A stretch of 64,000 nt of DNA, taken from positions 992,001 to 1,056,000 of the forward strand of contig NIVC01000059.1 of the NCBI GenBank assembly GCA_002269645.1, given 5' to 3'. The notes beneath the pieces are model-generated. The model was not told the origin of the DNA. It ran no database searches and saw nothing but the letters and a program-made list of their open reading frames with translations. Both the position numbers and the translations under genes were made by a program. Of this stretch, positions 1 to 11,749 are shown piece after piece. Every line of letters begins with the position of its first letter. The stretch's first letter is position 1. This stretch comes from Macrostomum lignano. Its lineage: Eukaryota.

Positions 1-52
1 ACCTAGCCCTAACCCTAACCCTAACCCTAACCCTAACCCTAATCTAACCCTA
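1..52. repeat. Telomere-type (CCCTAA)n tract
   Basis: About 7 CCCTAA units with one variant, followed by sequence duplicated at 9497 onward. Confidence 0.9.
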
Positions 53-440
53 AAGCATTGACATTTCAGTAATTCTCTCTAAGAGTCATTATAGCACTAC
101 TACAGCATTATAGCGATTCCCTGCAAGCCTCGACATCGTTGGGATTCCCAAATGAATCTCTTACTTCGACATGAAGCTTCTTTTACTTTTTACATTACGC
201 TTTTTTTATCAGCGATCCCTCCCCTGAGGAGGCATCAAATGATGTAATAAAAAGTTTTCAATAAACTACATGTAGCTTCTGACTTTAGCCTTGAAATCTC
301 ATTTATACCCCCGTGAGCCTTGACATCTCAGCTATTCCCCCCCCCGTGAGCCTTGACATCTCAGCTATTCCCCCCCGTGAGCCTTGACATCTCAGCTATT
401 CCCCCCGTAAGCCTTGACATGTCAGCGATGGCCTCCATAA
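1..440. repeat. Dispersed repeat unit (telomere hexamers plus AGCCTTGACATCTCAG subrepeats), second copy at 9464-9857
   Basis: CCCTAAAGCATTGA..TTTCAGTAATTCTCTCTAAGAGTCATTATAGCACTACTACAGC is near-identical in both places; a degenerate third copy lies at about 9890-10320. Confidence 0.9.
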
Positions 441-518
441 ATTAAGTTATAATGTAGCCTACAGTATTTAGATGTAATTGTAACTGAGTCACAAATATCC
501 ATATTTTTCTACTTCGTA

Positions 519-1858
519 CGGAGGGTTGTCAGAAAAGTTCTGTGTATTAGAGAATAGCTCAGCTCTATGAATAGCTGAAGAGTTGGGGTTTTAGCCATAG
601 ATATATACATATATAAAGAGTCGCTATAGCTTCAGTTTTAGAGCACCTGATCATTCCTAGCCTGAGTTAGCAGTAATTTTTCAACCACACCCATGGCGCA
701 TTCCGTCCCGCGAGAGTTTTTCTAAACGCGACAATCGAGCGATCATCAAGTTTCATGTCCTTCAGGGGCGTTCAGCAACCGAGATTTTTGAAGAAATGCG
801 GCAGACCATAGGAGACTTTTGCACATCTTATGAGACGATTCGCCGCTATGGGCTATTGCCATTCGCAACGGCAAAGAAGACCTCGACGACAAGCCACGCA
901 GTGGACGACCAACGAGTGCTCGGACTGACAGCCTGGTGAGTCAGGTGGAGGCAGCCGTGCTGCAGGACCGGAGACTGACCACCAGGCAGCTGGCTGATGC
1001 CATATGGGTGTCCCACGACTCAGTCCACAAGATCCTGACCGAGGACCTTGGGATGCGCAAGGTCTGTGCCAAGTGGGTGCCGCATCTGCTCACTGACGAT
1101 CAGCGGGCTCGGCGGGTCGCCATGTGCGCATTCAACCTGCAGCGGTGTCGGCGGGAGGGCATGGCGTTCCTGCAGAGGATCGTTGCCTGCGACGAAACCT
1201 GGGCGCATTCTTGGGAGGCGGAGTTGAAGCGGCAGAGTGCCACATGGTGCAGGCCAGGTTCTCCGCGACCTCAAAAGGCCATCCGGAGCATCGGCCAGCT
1301 GAAGGTCATGCACGTGACTTTCTTCGACCGGGAGGGTCTGTTGTTCGATCAGCCTGTGCCAGTGGGGCAGACGGTCAATGGTGATTTCTACCTGTCGGTT
1401 CTGGTGAAAGTTCGGCGTGCCATTCGGGACAAAAGGCCTGCACTTCACGCGGCTGGCCCGATTCTGCTTCACGACAACGCAGCCCCGCACCGAAAGCAAA
1501 GCGTGCTGGCTACGATCGAGTCGTAGGGGTGGGAAATTCTTCCGGATCCGCCTTATTCCTTGGACTTAAGTCCATTTTTTCCTCCTCCCTTGCATCAAGG
1601 AGTCGATGCGGGGCCAGCGTTTCAGCGCAGAGGAAGACGTGAATCGGGCCTACAAGGCTGGCATTGCCGCCGTGATGAACAATAGCATGACTGCAGACAT
1701 TGACGGGCTGGTGCGGCGTTGGGAGAAGTGCATTGAAGCTGAGGGCTCATACTTTGAGTGAATAGATGTTAAGGAAGACATTTGTAACTTTTCATGTTTC
1801 TACTGTTTATTGTTCTCAAGTTACTACAATATACACAGAACTTTTCTAACAATCCTCA
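519..1858 (+). mobile_element. Mariner DNA transposon, full length (1.34 kb), defective
   Basis: TIRs GAGGGTTGTCAGAAAAGTTCTGTGTAT and ATACACAGAACTTTTCTAACAATCCTC; TA at 517-518 and 1859-1860; internal transposase. Confidence 0.92.
693..1761 (+). pseudogene. Mariner transposase pseudogene
   Basis: Motifs KPRSGRP, WVPHLLT, CDETW, HDNAAPH, PPYSLDLSP and RWEKCIEAEGSYFE*; frameshifts near 720, 848 and 1575; in-frame TAG at 1524; third catalytic Asp missing. Confidence 0.9.
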
Positions 1859-1938
1859 TATACTCTGAATTTTTTGTACGATTCTTTTTTGTTAATTTTG
1901 TTCTAAAAATTTCTGTAATTCTACAATATTAACTATTA

Positions 1939-3228
1939 CTTCGGGTGTGTCGTAAGTAATGTCACTGCATGTCTCTGTCAAAAGCATGTAGGCATATGCA
2001 CTTGTGGGCAGTGCAGCTGCAAAGTATACTTAGTGAAGCAATACCAGTGTATTTGACACGTGTATCGGATGTTTATGGTCCAACTTATCGCAAGAATTCG
2101 ATATGCAGATTTAGCAAGCGCAACGCGGTGAAAAATCGTCTATGCGTCGAACAAAAATCAACAAGAATCACGATAAGACGCACATCCAGTTCTTCGCTTT
2201 CGTTCGTTTTAAGCTTGGAAAATCTGCAGCAGAAGTAGAGGAAGATCTCCGGATCACAATGCCAGACAGCTGCCCAACTCGCAGGACAATTTACAGGTGG
2301 TTTACAGGTGGTTTGCATCGATGCCATCAGCGATCTGGTCAAGGAAGACCCACGGCAGTCTGTCAGGGAGCTAGCGGACTGTTTGGAGATTGATTTCAAG
2401 ACAGTCCATCGCATCCTGACAGAGGATCTCTATCTCCGCAGTGTCTGCTCAGTCTGGGTGCCCCACGATCTCACTGCAGACCAACGACAGGCTCGTGTGA
2501 ACTGCGCCAAGCAGATCCGCAAGGTGTTCAGCAGCCGGGGCTTGAATGACATCCTAAACTGCCTGGTTGTTGAGGATGAAACCTGGCTCCACCTGGATGG
2601 CAAGGGCAGCAAGGCAGACAATCGCTGCTGGCTGGGAGCTGGGGACTCCAAGGCGACCGTGACCAGGAGGTCCATCTCGGACAAGAAGACCATGCTGCTG
2701 GTAGCCTTCACGCCAAAAAAACGAGTCTCCATCTGCACAACTCCACCGAACACCAAGGTCGATGGCCAGTATTTTATCGACTTTGTCCGGCACACTGGGG
2801 ACCTCTGGCGCACTCTCCGGTCAAACCCAATTCACCTGTGGCAGGTGCTGTGGCAGATGGACAACGCAAGGCCTCACACCTGTAAGGCTGTTTCGGATTT
2901 TCTGGCTGGACGTCGAGTGAATCTGCTCTGGCAGAGTCCCTACAGCCCGGACTTCAATTTGTGCGACAGATTCCTGTTCAAATGGCTGAAGGCTGACTTT
3001 TCCAGGAGGAGGTTTGCAAACCATGAAGAGGTCAAACAGGCCGCGTTGCACTGGTTCCGGCAGCTGGAGGAAAAACACCCGCAGGCTGAGGTGGAAAGCT
3101 GTACGAGCACTGCGAGAGGGTGATTGATGTTGGGGGACACTATGTTGTTGATTGATACATTTTGTTCATCTGCCATAGCAAGTTCGTCTGTTTTTACATC
3201 AGTGACATTACTTATTACACACCCGAAG
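1939..3228 (+). mobile_element. Second mariner transposon (1.29 kb), different subfamily
   Basis: 29-bp TIRs CTTCGGGTGTGTCGTAAGTAATGTCACTG and CAGTGACATTACTTATTACACACCCGAAG (2 mismatches); TA at 1937-1938 and 3229-3230. Confidence 0.95.
2142..3155 (+). pseudogene. DD34D mariner transposase, frameshifted
   Basis: WVPHDLT, EDETW, MDNARPH, then 34 residues to YSPDFNLCD; a deletion and frameshift at about 2290-2310 removes the PRSGRP linker; second frameshift at about 3085. Confidence 0.9.
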
Positions 3229-3289
3229 TATAACAGCTATATTACAGTAGATGTATTTGATTGTCTACACATACTTGTGCTAATTCGCA

Positions 3290-4625
3290 ATCTTCTTCTT
3301 TACCGTTGCCGTCATCGCCGTGGGCGCACCCATTCATGCAAGTCAGCTTCCGCCATCACTGTCTGTCCTTCGCTGTTCTTCTTAGCCTCTCCATTGTCCA
3401 TCCGGTCCATCCGGTCTTTCCACTGCCTTTTCGGTATTCTTATTCTTTCACCTCTCTCCATTTCTCCTTGAATACAGAAATTTGCCATGGCTCCCTTGTC
3501 TGATTTCTGTAACACAGATTCTGGTTTCTTTCCCAATGCCTCAACTTTTCTCCAAACTCAGGCACTTGTCTTTTTCTCTTTCCATGAAATCATTAGCACT
3601 CTTCTGTAACATTTCATTTCAACCGCTTTGAGTGTCTCCAAACTTTTCTTCCCCAGAGTCCAGCTCTCGCACCCACAGAGCAGTGTGTCGCCAATGTGAT
3701 CGCCTTAATTGTGATCTTGAGGCAATTCTTCAAACCGACTCCTTGAGCCGCCAAAGACTCATCAAGCCTTATCATTGAGCTGGTTGCGACGTCAATTCGG
3801 ATTCTGATGTCTTCCTCCGAGGTCCCATTCTCCATAATGGTTGCCTCCAGATATTTAAACTTCTTCACCTGTTCTACTAGTTCTTCTTCATCAATCACAA
3901 CCCCTAGCCTGATTTTGTCCTTACCATTCCCTGTCACCATTGTCTCGTTCTTTTCTTTGCTGACTTCCATGCCAAATTTTTGAGATTGTGCAGTCCAGCT
4001 TCGTTGTCATTTCTTGCAATTCTTCCTCATCTTTGCCAATCAAATCGTGATGTCGTCTGCAAACCGCAAGTTGTTGAGTTGTTGATGTTCATGTCTCCAC
4101 AGCTGATTCTGAGCTCATGCAGTTCCTCAATGAATTTCTGTCATTATCCGTTTCAGGAAAAGATTGAAGAGAGTAGGTGATGGGATACATAATCCTTGTC
4201 TCACTCCCACCGTTGCCCTAAAGCAGTCACTGCACTGGTCGCCTGCCATAACCTTTGGTCTTAGCTTCTTCATACAGTCGCTTAATTACTCTCATGTGAT
4301 GTCTTCTCCAATGTTTTATTTTTTTATTGTGTGCAAAAGCGCTTCGTGCCACTGCGTGTTTGAAGGCGTGTTTAAATTCAATGATATTGTGACAGATGAT
4401 CTTTTGATCTTTTACTAATTAATGGTCACAAGTTGGTAATTTGCTCTGTAGTGCTTGTATCTCGCTACGCACCTGCTCTACCATGTCGATGCTATTCTTA
4501 TTTAAGATCATTTTTAGCAGGACTTTTGACGCATGGCTGATGAGGCTGCTTGTCCTATAGTCGCCACATTTTTTGCTGTTTGCTTTCTTTGGCACAAGTA
4601 TGAGGATGCATGGATTCGGCCCACT
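3290..4625 (-). mobile_element. RTE-clade LINE, 5'-truncated and decayed RT fragment
   Basis: Minus-strand KKCGDYRTSSLISHASKVLLK, NNLRFADD (about 4050-4080), VEQVKKFKYL and PKRQWKD; GAAGAAGA tail at about 3292. Confidence 0.8.
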
Positions 4626-4660
4626 GTAACTTATTATATTTGCAGACTTATTATATTTGC

Positions 4661-5415
4661 TCCCCAATGGTGTAGTCGGAGAGCCGTGCTGCTTACCTGT
4701 TGCGGCGGCCAACAGCGGCAGGACCAAGCGAGGGCAGCGAAGCGAAGGGCCGGCGAGTTGAACGTCGGCGTGAGCGAAACCGGCGAGATCGGGAATGAAG
4801 TTCTGCCCGTTGAACTGCTGCCATCCTTGGCCAATCGGATCTTCCAGGTGGTGCCGAAGACCGTGAGGCTCAGTGTCATCGAGTCCCAGCCGTACCACAG
4901 GGCACGCTTCGGGTCGGGACGCTGAACTGCCGCACTCTCAAGGCCGCCTGGCGGATAGGGCTGCTGGCGCAGCTAGCGCTCGACCTCAGATGCGATGTCA
5001 TCTCTCGCTGCAAGAGGTGTCCATCAGGGCTGACCGGGGGAATTCACTGTGAGGACCTGGGCGCCGGCTGGACCCTCTGGTACGTACGCGTCAGTTTTTC
5101 AATATCGGCTACGTCGAGCGAGTCACCAATGCGGCACTCTATCGCCGCACCGGCCTGTTCCGTCCCAGCGAACTTTTGCGCTGTCGTCGGCGACTCCAGA
5201 TGGCAGGCCATTTTATCCGAGCCGAGACGTACTGCCCACAGCCGGTGCATTAGGTGCTGCTGCTGACGCTGCAGGCAACCTACCGGCGGGGGACAGGCGC
5301 GCATTCGAAGTTTCGTTGACTGCCTGCTGGCTGATGCTGGGGCCCCGGACACTGCCGGCGGTGCGGCCTACATGTACGTTCGCGCCTAGGCCTTGAAAAA
5401 ACGCGCCCTATGATT
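4661..5415 (+). mobile_element. Internally deleted (bipartite) RTE-like LINE
   Basis: APE N-terminus VGTLNCRTLK..DVI (about 4915-5010) is joined at about 5088 directly to an RT-protein C-terminus (VTNAALYRRTGL..RRRLQMAGHFIRAE..DCLLADAG). Confidence 0.65.
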
Positions 5416-5452
5416 ATTGTCCCACGCTTGACTACTGGCTGACAATGTATTT

Positions 5453-5454
<2 letters not shown>

Positions 5455-5493
<39 letters not shown>

Positions 5494-5530
5494 ATTGTTG
5501 TTGTTGTTGTTATTGTTGTTGTTGTTGTTT
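5455..5530. repeat. (GTT)n microsatellite
   Basis: About 25 GTT/ATT triplets. Confidence 0.95.
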
Positions 5531-6697
5531 CTCTGCACTGTGATGGCCACGCATTGATCGATCCGATCTCCACACTACTCTTGAGGATTTTGTTGCAGAG
5601 CTTGTGCAGTAAGTCATTTGCAATCAAGTATTAAAAACAGGGTGTACTCATGTTAAAAACAGTTGTCCATGGGTGTACTTTGTAAGGCAAAACTCTGCAA
5701 TTAGATACAGCAGTGGCCTGCTGGAGCTGAAGACTTCATAAATAAACACCGCTATAGCTTGGGCGGCTCAATGGACACCCGATGCAAAAACACTTTCATG
5801 TATACTGAATCGATCGTACGGAGTTAGTAGTACATGTACATATCATGTAGCTGTGCATGCATTGTTAATTTTCGGAAGATGCATTTATGTAGTGAGTACT
5901 TCGAGCGACTGTACGTACAGTCGTAATCAAGCGGACTCTACGCTCGTACATGTACTAGCTAGCTTGACATCGTTAGGAGCCCACGGACGGAAGAGACTAA
6001 AAATTACGCTCTAGTCCTATACTCTACTAAAGGCAGCGATAGCCAATTAACGCCTTGAAGGCAGAACCCATCAAATTACATGCAGCGACGGGATAGGAGA
6101 CTTGTACATATTTGTTTCATGTGAGGTATACACCTGCGCATATAAAGTTAGCGCATATATCAATCGAAATTTTATTGTTCAACTTCTCAACTTTGTACAA
6201 TTCCGGAGTTAAATAAGTGTCAGCTAGTTGTGTTGAATTCACAGCTAAAGCACCTTGATATATATATGGATTCTCAAACTCAAAATATTCATGGTGATCA
6301 TGGGGAAAAGTGAAGTAGATGGTTATATGATTAAATGATTTAACAGGTATTCGATTCTCGAATGCAAATTCTAATTGGACCAAAAGTGGAGCTAATTGTT
6401 TCTTAAGATTTTATTAATTATATTTTAATTTTTATTCTCTTTTAATATTATTAAAAAGTGCTGATTGCGATTATAAAACTTTATAGCTGGAGTAATTTAA
6501 CAAACTTATTGACTTTTTTGCTCACTATCTAAAGTTGCTACCCATACTCGACGATACGTTTCACGGAGAGCTCTGACGATCGAGACCTCGCTCGAGAGAA
6601 CTTTTGATCTGGACCCTCATGTTTGCTGAGTCCGACGATGAGACTCATTTTGATCCGTTGCTCAGCTGAATCAAAATTCTCGCCCTTGAGCGAATAT

Positions 6698-7000
6698 CGC
6701 AGAAATTGCACAGAAATTTAGATTTATTTTGTTATTTTTGATTTTCACTTCAACTCCAAATTAGTTTTCGGTTTTGAGTGCAGGACAGATTTTCAAACTT
6801 TTGGTTTCATACTGTAAATGCACTAAAATGTATGCATTTAAACGTCCATTTCAAACTAGAAGTCAATAACTCCGAGTTGGATGCATGAATCTTGCAGAAA
6901 TTGCACAGAAATTTAGATTTCTTTTGTTATTTTTGATTTTCATTTCAACTCCAAATTAGTTTTCAGTTTTGAGTGCAGACCAGGTCTTCAAACATTTTAA
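6698..7000. repeat. Direct duplication, period about 195 bp
   Basis: GCAGAAATTGCACAGAAATTTAGATTT..CAACTCCAAATTAGTTTTC.GTTTTGAGTGCAG at about 6699 and 6894. Confidence 0.85.
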
Positions 7001-7225
7001 TAGAGTCTGTAAATGTACGGCAATTGTTGAATTTATATCGTCTATTTTAAACTGACGATCAATAGCAACAAGATGGATGAATAAATGTGACTGAAAAGTC
7101 ACAAAAATGTAGAAAAAAGTTGTTATTTTTTTATCATCTGATTATCACAGTTTTAGACATACGGTTAGCTTTTGTAGGATTTAAAAATTTGTTTATCTTT
7201 CACGAATTTGGAGCCTGAGAGTTGG

Positions 7226-7911
7226 AGGACGACTTAAGTAGAACGACGGGAAACCTCGTTTCTTAGAAAAGTTTTGAAGGCACTTTTTCCCGAAAAAATA
7301 CACTACGGAGATAGGAAGTTTTCATTTTTTCAGCACAAAAATTGTTATTGCGTTTGATAGGAGGCAGATCCAGTGTTCATCTTTTGATATTTTGTGCCTT
7401 TTTTATTGCTCTATCGATATTTATAAAGCTTTTCGTTCAGAAAATTAGGATTCTATGTTAATTTTTTTATTCTACGTATATTTTCGCGTGTCTTGTGCTT
7501 GAAATACATTAGAATGCCACGGCTCGGCTCTTTAGCTTCATGAGTCTTTTTTATCATTCTTACCCGACTGTGTAGCAAATATTTGTAACAGAGATGATAA
7601 AATAGGTTCATAAAACCAAATATTGGAGCTGTGTCATGCATTTTTGTGATTTTTAGATACAGGAAATATACGTAGAATAAAAAATTAACATAGAATCCTA
7701 ATTTTCTGAACGAAAACTTTTATAAATATCGATAGAGCAATAAAAGGCACAACATATCAAAAGATGAACACTGGATCTATCAAACGCAATAACAATTTTT
7801 GTGCTGAAAAAATGAAAACTTCCTATCTCCGTAGTGTATTTTTTCGGGAAAAAGTGCCTTCAAAACTTTTCTAAGAAACGAGGTTTCCCGTCCTTCTACT
7901 TAAGTCGTCCT
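7226..7911. mobile_element. Foldback/MITE with about 255-bp terminal inverted repeats
   Basis: 7226-7485 is the near-perfect reverse complement of 7662-7911; TGG lies on both flanks (possible 3-bp TSD). Confidence 0.8.
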
Positions 7912-8559
7912 TGGACCCGAGTTGGAGTTAGAGTTCGAATGCGGGTCATGTCACGCGCGCGGGCGCGACTCTAAATCTAAAAGAAAATAGTGACGAGACG
8001 ACGATTCACGGCTGGCCTGAATCAGATTCACAAGCACGTACGCTTATGAGTGCACGCACTGTGACACAAGTATACGTTGATCGACTGACGCTAGGCGGTG
8101 CGTCGCACTCGCAGACCGCAGTCGATGCAAGTTTAAAACCTTGCGGCCTTGGGCCACTCACAATCCGCATTATATGATTTTAAAAAAGATAGCATTCTTA
8201 TTCGACTAAGGCCTTAGTCTAGTATCTATCTATCTTCTAGGCCCAGTTTGACATGTAGAATTGGATATTTAGACTTAGATATGTGAATTGTAAATAAAGA
8301 TAACGAAATATGCTATTAGGCATTAGCTATTATTACCATAACATGGTGGTCCTTTTGTACAATGTACCCCCATACAAATCATTTCCAAAATGTGTTTCTT
8401 TAACTAAAGGTGCCAAAGGGAAATCTGTTTGTACAAGTGTATCCCCCTATAAATAAATTCTTAATAAAGATATGTTTTTAACTAAAAATGATTTCATTGA
8501 CATTGGTTACCATCTTCATCAAATTAAAAGGTTATTTAAACCTTTAGTTGGTTTGACTA

Positions 8560-8889
8560 AATAGTGGACAGTTAAACCAACTCTTGTCTTTGACATAACT
8601 TTAGGCTAAAATTATTCAACCTGTCAATACAGTGAGAACTCCACTAATTTTTCAGTCTGCAGCTATGACACTAAGTACAAACATGCCCATAGACAATATT
8701 GTTGTTGCCTGCACCCATTGGCTGCATAGCAGGCCATCATCTTTAACTGAGGAGATCAGAAGTTCTCAAAACTTATAAATTTTTCTATGGCCTGCGATGA
8801 CTGTCACTGAAATGACTGTCACCTAAGTAACCAGAAACTAGTTCCCTTTTGCAATTGAGATGACATGTTTTTGCTTTATCAGGAAGAGG
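8560..8889 (-). mobile_element. Solo piggyBac 5'-end remnant, homologous to 22458-22685
   Basis: Shares AGTGGACAGT.AAACCAACT..AAAATTATTCAACCTGTCAAT..GCATAGCAGGCCATC..GAGATGACATGTTTT..CAGGAAGAGG; ends exactly at TTAA 8890-8893. Confidence 0.6.
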
Positions 8890-9463
8890 TTAAGCACTAA
8901 TTCATATAATAAAATTCTATGCTTTTAAACTTGTTGTAATAGGACTGACGTTGGAAAGCTGCAAATAGGCCCCTAGTCTATGGCCAAAAGTTCTAAAGTT
9001 TTATTGAATCAACAAGTCTTAGGCCTATTATTGTCTATGGTTAGATTTCCAATGTCAACAAACAATAAAATATCCAGTAAAGGATATTCCCAAATGGCTA
9101 ATAGAAATAAACTAGCAATCTAGCGCCCCCCTTCGGGGTGGCCAATAAGCAAGGGACGAATCCTTTAAAATGAAAAAAAATTCTTAGGGAGGGGGGCTAG
9201 GAATCGAATTCTCATTTTAATTCCAGGCTTATGTACCAATAAAACATGCTTGTGCAGAATTTTATAACAGACATTGAAATTCAACCATACTTGCCTTCTT
9301 TCAGAGCTACTTCTACCAGTATGCTTCAGTACGCTACCAGTACCCTTGTAAGCCTTGACATGTCAGCAATCCCCCCCCCACAAGCCTTAACATATCAACT
9401 CCCCCCTTGACATCTCAGCGATGCTCCCATAAGCCTTGAAATCTTAAAAAATCTGTCTACTTT

Positions 9464-9496
9464 CTAACCCTAACCCTAACCCTAACCCTAACCCTA
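9464..9496. repeat. Interstitial (CCCTAA)n tract
   Basis: About 5 hexamers. Confidence 0.9.
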
Positions 9497-10469
9497 AAGC
9501 ATTGAAATTTCAGTAATTCTCTCTAAGAGTCATTATAGCACTACTACAGCATTATAGTGCTTCCCTGCAAGCCTCGACATCGTAGGGATTCCCAAATGAA
9601 TCTCTTAACTTCGACATGAAGCTTCTTTTATTTTTTACATTACGCTTTTTCTATCAGCGATCCCTCCCGTGAGGAGCCAATAAATAATGTAATAAAAAGT
9701 TTTCAATAAACTACATGTAGCTTCTGACTTTAGCCTTGACATCTCAGTTATTTCCCCATGAGCCTTGACATCTCAGCTATAGATAGATAGATAGATACGA
9801 GTAGATTCCCCTCGTAAGCCTTGACATGTCAGCGATGCCCCCCATAAACCTTGAAATCTAAAAAATCCCCTGTTAACCTTGAAACCCGCTAAAATATAAC
9901 CCTCAACCCAAACCTGACGTAAACCTAACTTTCACCCAACCTAAAGCCTTGAAATCACAGCAATTCTTCTTCCCTAAGCCTTGGCATTTAAGTGATTCCT
10001 TCTTTAAGAATCACAGCACTATAACGATTCCCTCCAAGCTTTGACATTGTAGCAATTCCCAAATTAATCTTTTAACTTGAACATGACTTTTCTTTTATGT
10101 ATACGTAGTGCTACTTTTATTTTTACATGACTCTTCTTCTATCAGCGCCCCCCCCCCCCACCGTGGAAAGCCAACAAAGAATACAATAAAAAAACTTAAG
10201 TAAAGTACATGTACTTTGAAGTAGCTTCTGACTTTTGCTTTAACATCTCAGAAACCCCCCTGTAATCTCAGTTATTCTCTGTGAGCCTTGACGTCTCAGT
10301 AATTCTCCCCAGCACAGCACTATAGCTTCATTTAATTTTTATATGACACTTCTTTCATGTCTGACATGACGCTTCTTTTGATTTTTAAATTACGCTTCTT
10401 TTATTCTTCCATGAAGCTTCTTAATTTTTTAAATGACACTTTCATTAGTTTTTATATGAGGCTTCTATG

Positions 10470-11283
10470 ATTTTTTCATGACGCTTCTATGTTAACATGA
10501 CGCTTCTATGCTTGTTTACATGACGCTTCTATGATTGTTTACATGACGCTTGTATGATTGTTTACATGACGCTTCTATGATTTTTTACATGACGCTTCTA
10601 TGATTTTTACATGACGCTTCTATGATTTTTACATGACGCTTCTATGATTTTTTCATGACGCTTCTATGATTTTTACATGACGCTTCTATGATTTTTACAT
10701 GACGCTTCTATGATTTTTTACATGAGGCTTGTATGATTGTTTACATGACGCTTCTATGATTGTTTACATGACGCTTCTATGATTTTTTATGACGCTTTTA
10801 TGATTTTAACATGACGCTTCTATGATTTTTTTACATGATGCTTCTATGATTGTTTACATGACGCTTGTATGATTGTTTACATGACGCTTGTATGATTTTA
10901 ACATGACGCTTCTATGATTGTTTACATTACGCTTCTATGATTGCTTGCATGACGCTTCTATGATTTTTTATGACGCTTTTATGGTTTTAACATGACGCTT
11001 CTATGATTTTTTACATGACGCTTCTATGATTGTTTACATGACGCTTGTATGATTGTTTACATGACACTTTTATGATTTTAACATGACGCTTCTATGATTT
11101 TTTTACATGACGCTTCTATGATTGTTTACATGACGCTTGTATGATTGTTTACATGACGCTTTTATGATTTTAACATGACGCTTCTATGATTGTTTACATT
11201 ACGCTTCTATGATTGCTTGCATGACGCTTCTATGATTTTTTACATGACGATTCTATGATTTTTTACATAACGCTTCCATAATT
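10470..11283. repeat. About 23-bp minisatellite (ACATGACGCTTCTATGATTGTTT)
   Basis: About 35 tandem units with a variable T-run. Confidence 0.95.
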
Positions 11284-11319
11284 TTTTTTTGTCTTGGCGT
11301 TAAAAAGCTTTAATTAAAA

Positions 11320-11400
11320 AAACTCTACTCTCTAAAAATTCAAACCATCGTCCCTGCATTTAGCAGTTTAGTCTGTTTACCTCTAGGCTAGCTCTCATGA
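11320..11400 (-). ncRNA. tRNA-derived Pol III head (copy 1, degenerate)
   Basis: A-box TAGCCTAGAGG, degenerate B-box GGTTTGAATT, downstream T-run. Confidence 0.45.
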
Positions 11401-11439
11401 ATTTTAGTCATTACCCCTAAATAGAAAATATTCCCAAGA

Positions 11440-11715
11440 CAGCAAGCATCCCCCCAGTAGCAAGCATCCCCTAATACTCCTAGCAAGCATCCACCCAGAT
11501 AGCAAGCATCTGCAGATAGCAAGCATCCACCCAGATAGCAAGCATCTGCAGATAGCAAGCATCTTGCAGATAGCAAGCATCTTGCAGATAGCAAGCATAC
11601 CCCAAATAATGTAGAAGCATCCTTCCAGATAGCAAGCATCCCCCAAATAATGTAGAAGCATCCTTCCAGATAGCAAGCATCCTGCACATAGCAAGAATCC
11701 CTAAATAGCAAGCAT
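11440..11715. repeat. AGATAGCAAGCATC-core minisatellite (18-38 bp units)
   Basis: Direct tandem repeats. Confidence 0.9.
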
Positions 11716-11749
11716 CCCTGGATAGAAATAATCCTATACATGTAGCCAA

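Noticed and set aside
1-52. True telomere at the window start
   Set aside because: The tract is short within the window and the same junction recurs internally at 9464-9500.
6560-6680. Hammerhead-like CTGACGA-stem(TCGAG/CTCGA)-GAGAA
   Set aside because: Lacks the GAAA core and convincing stems I and III.
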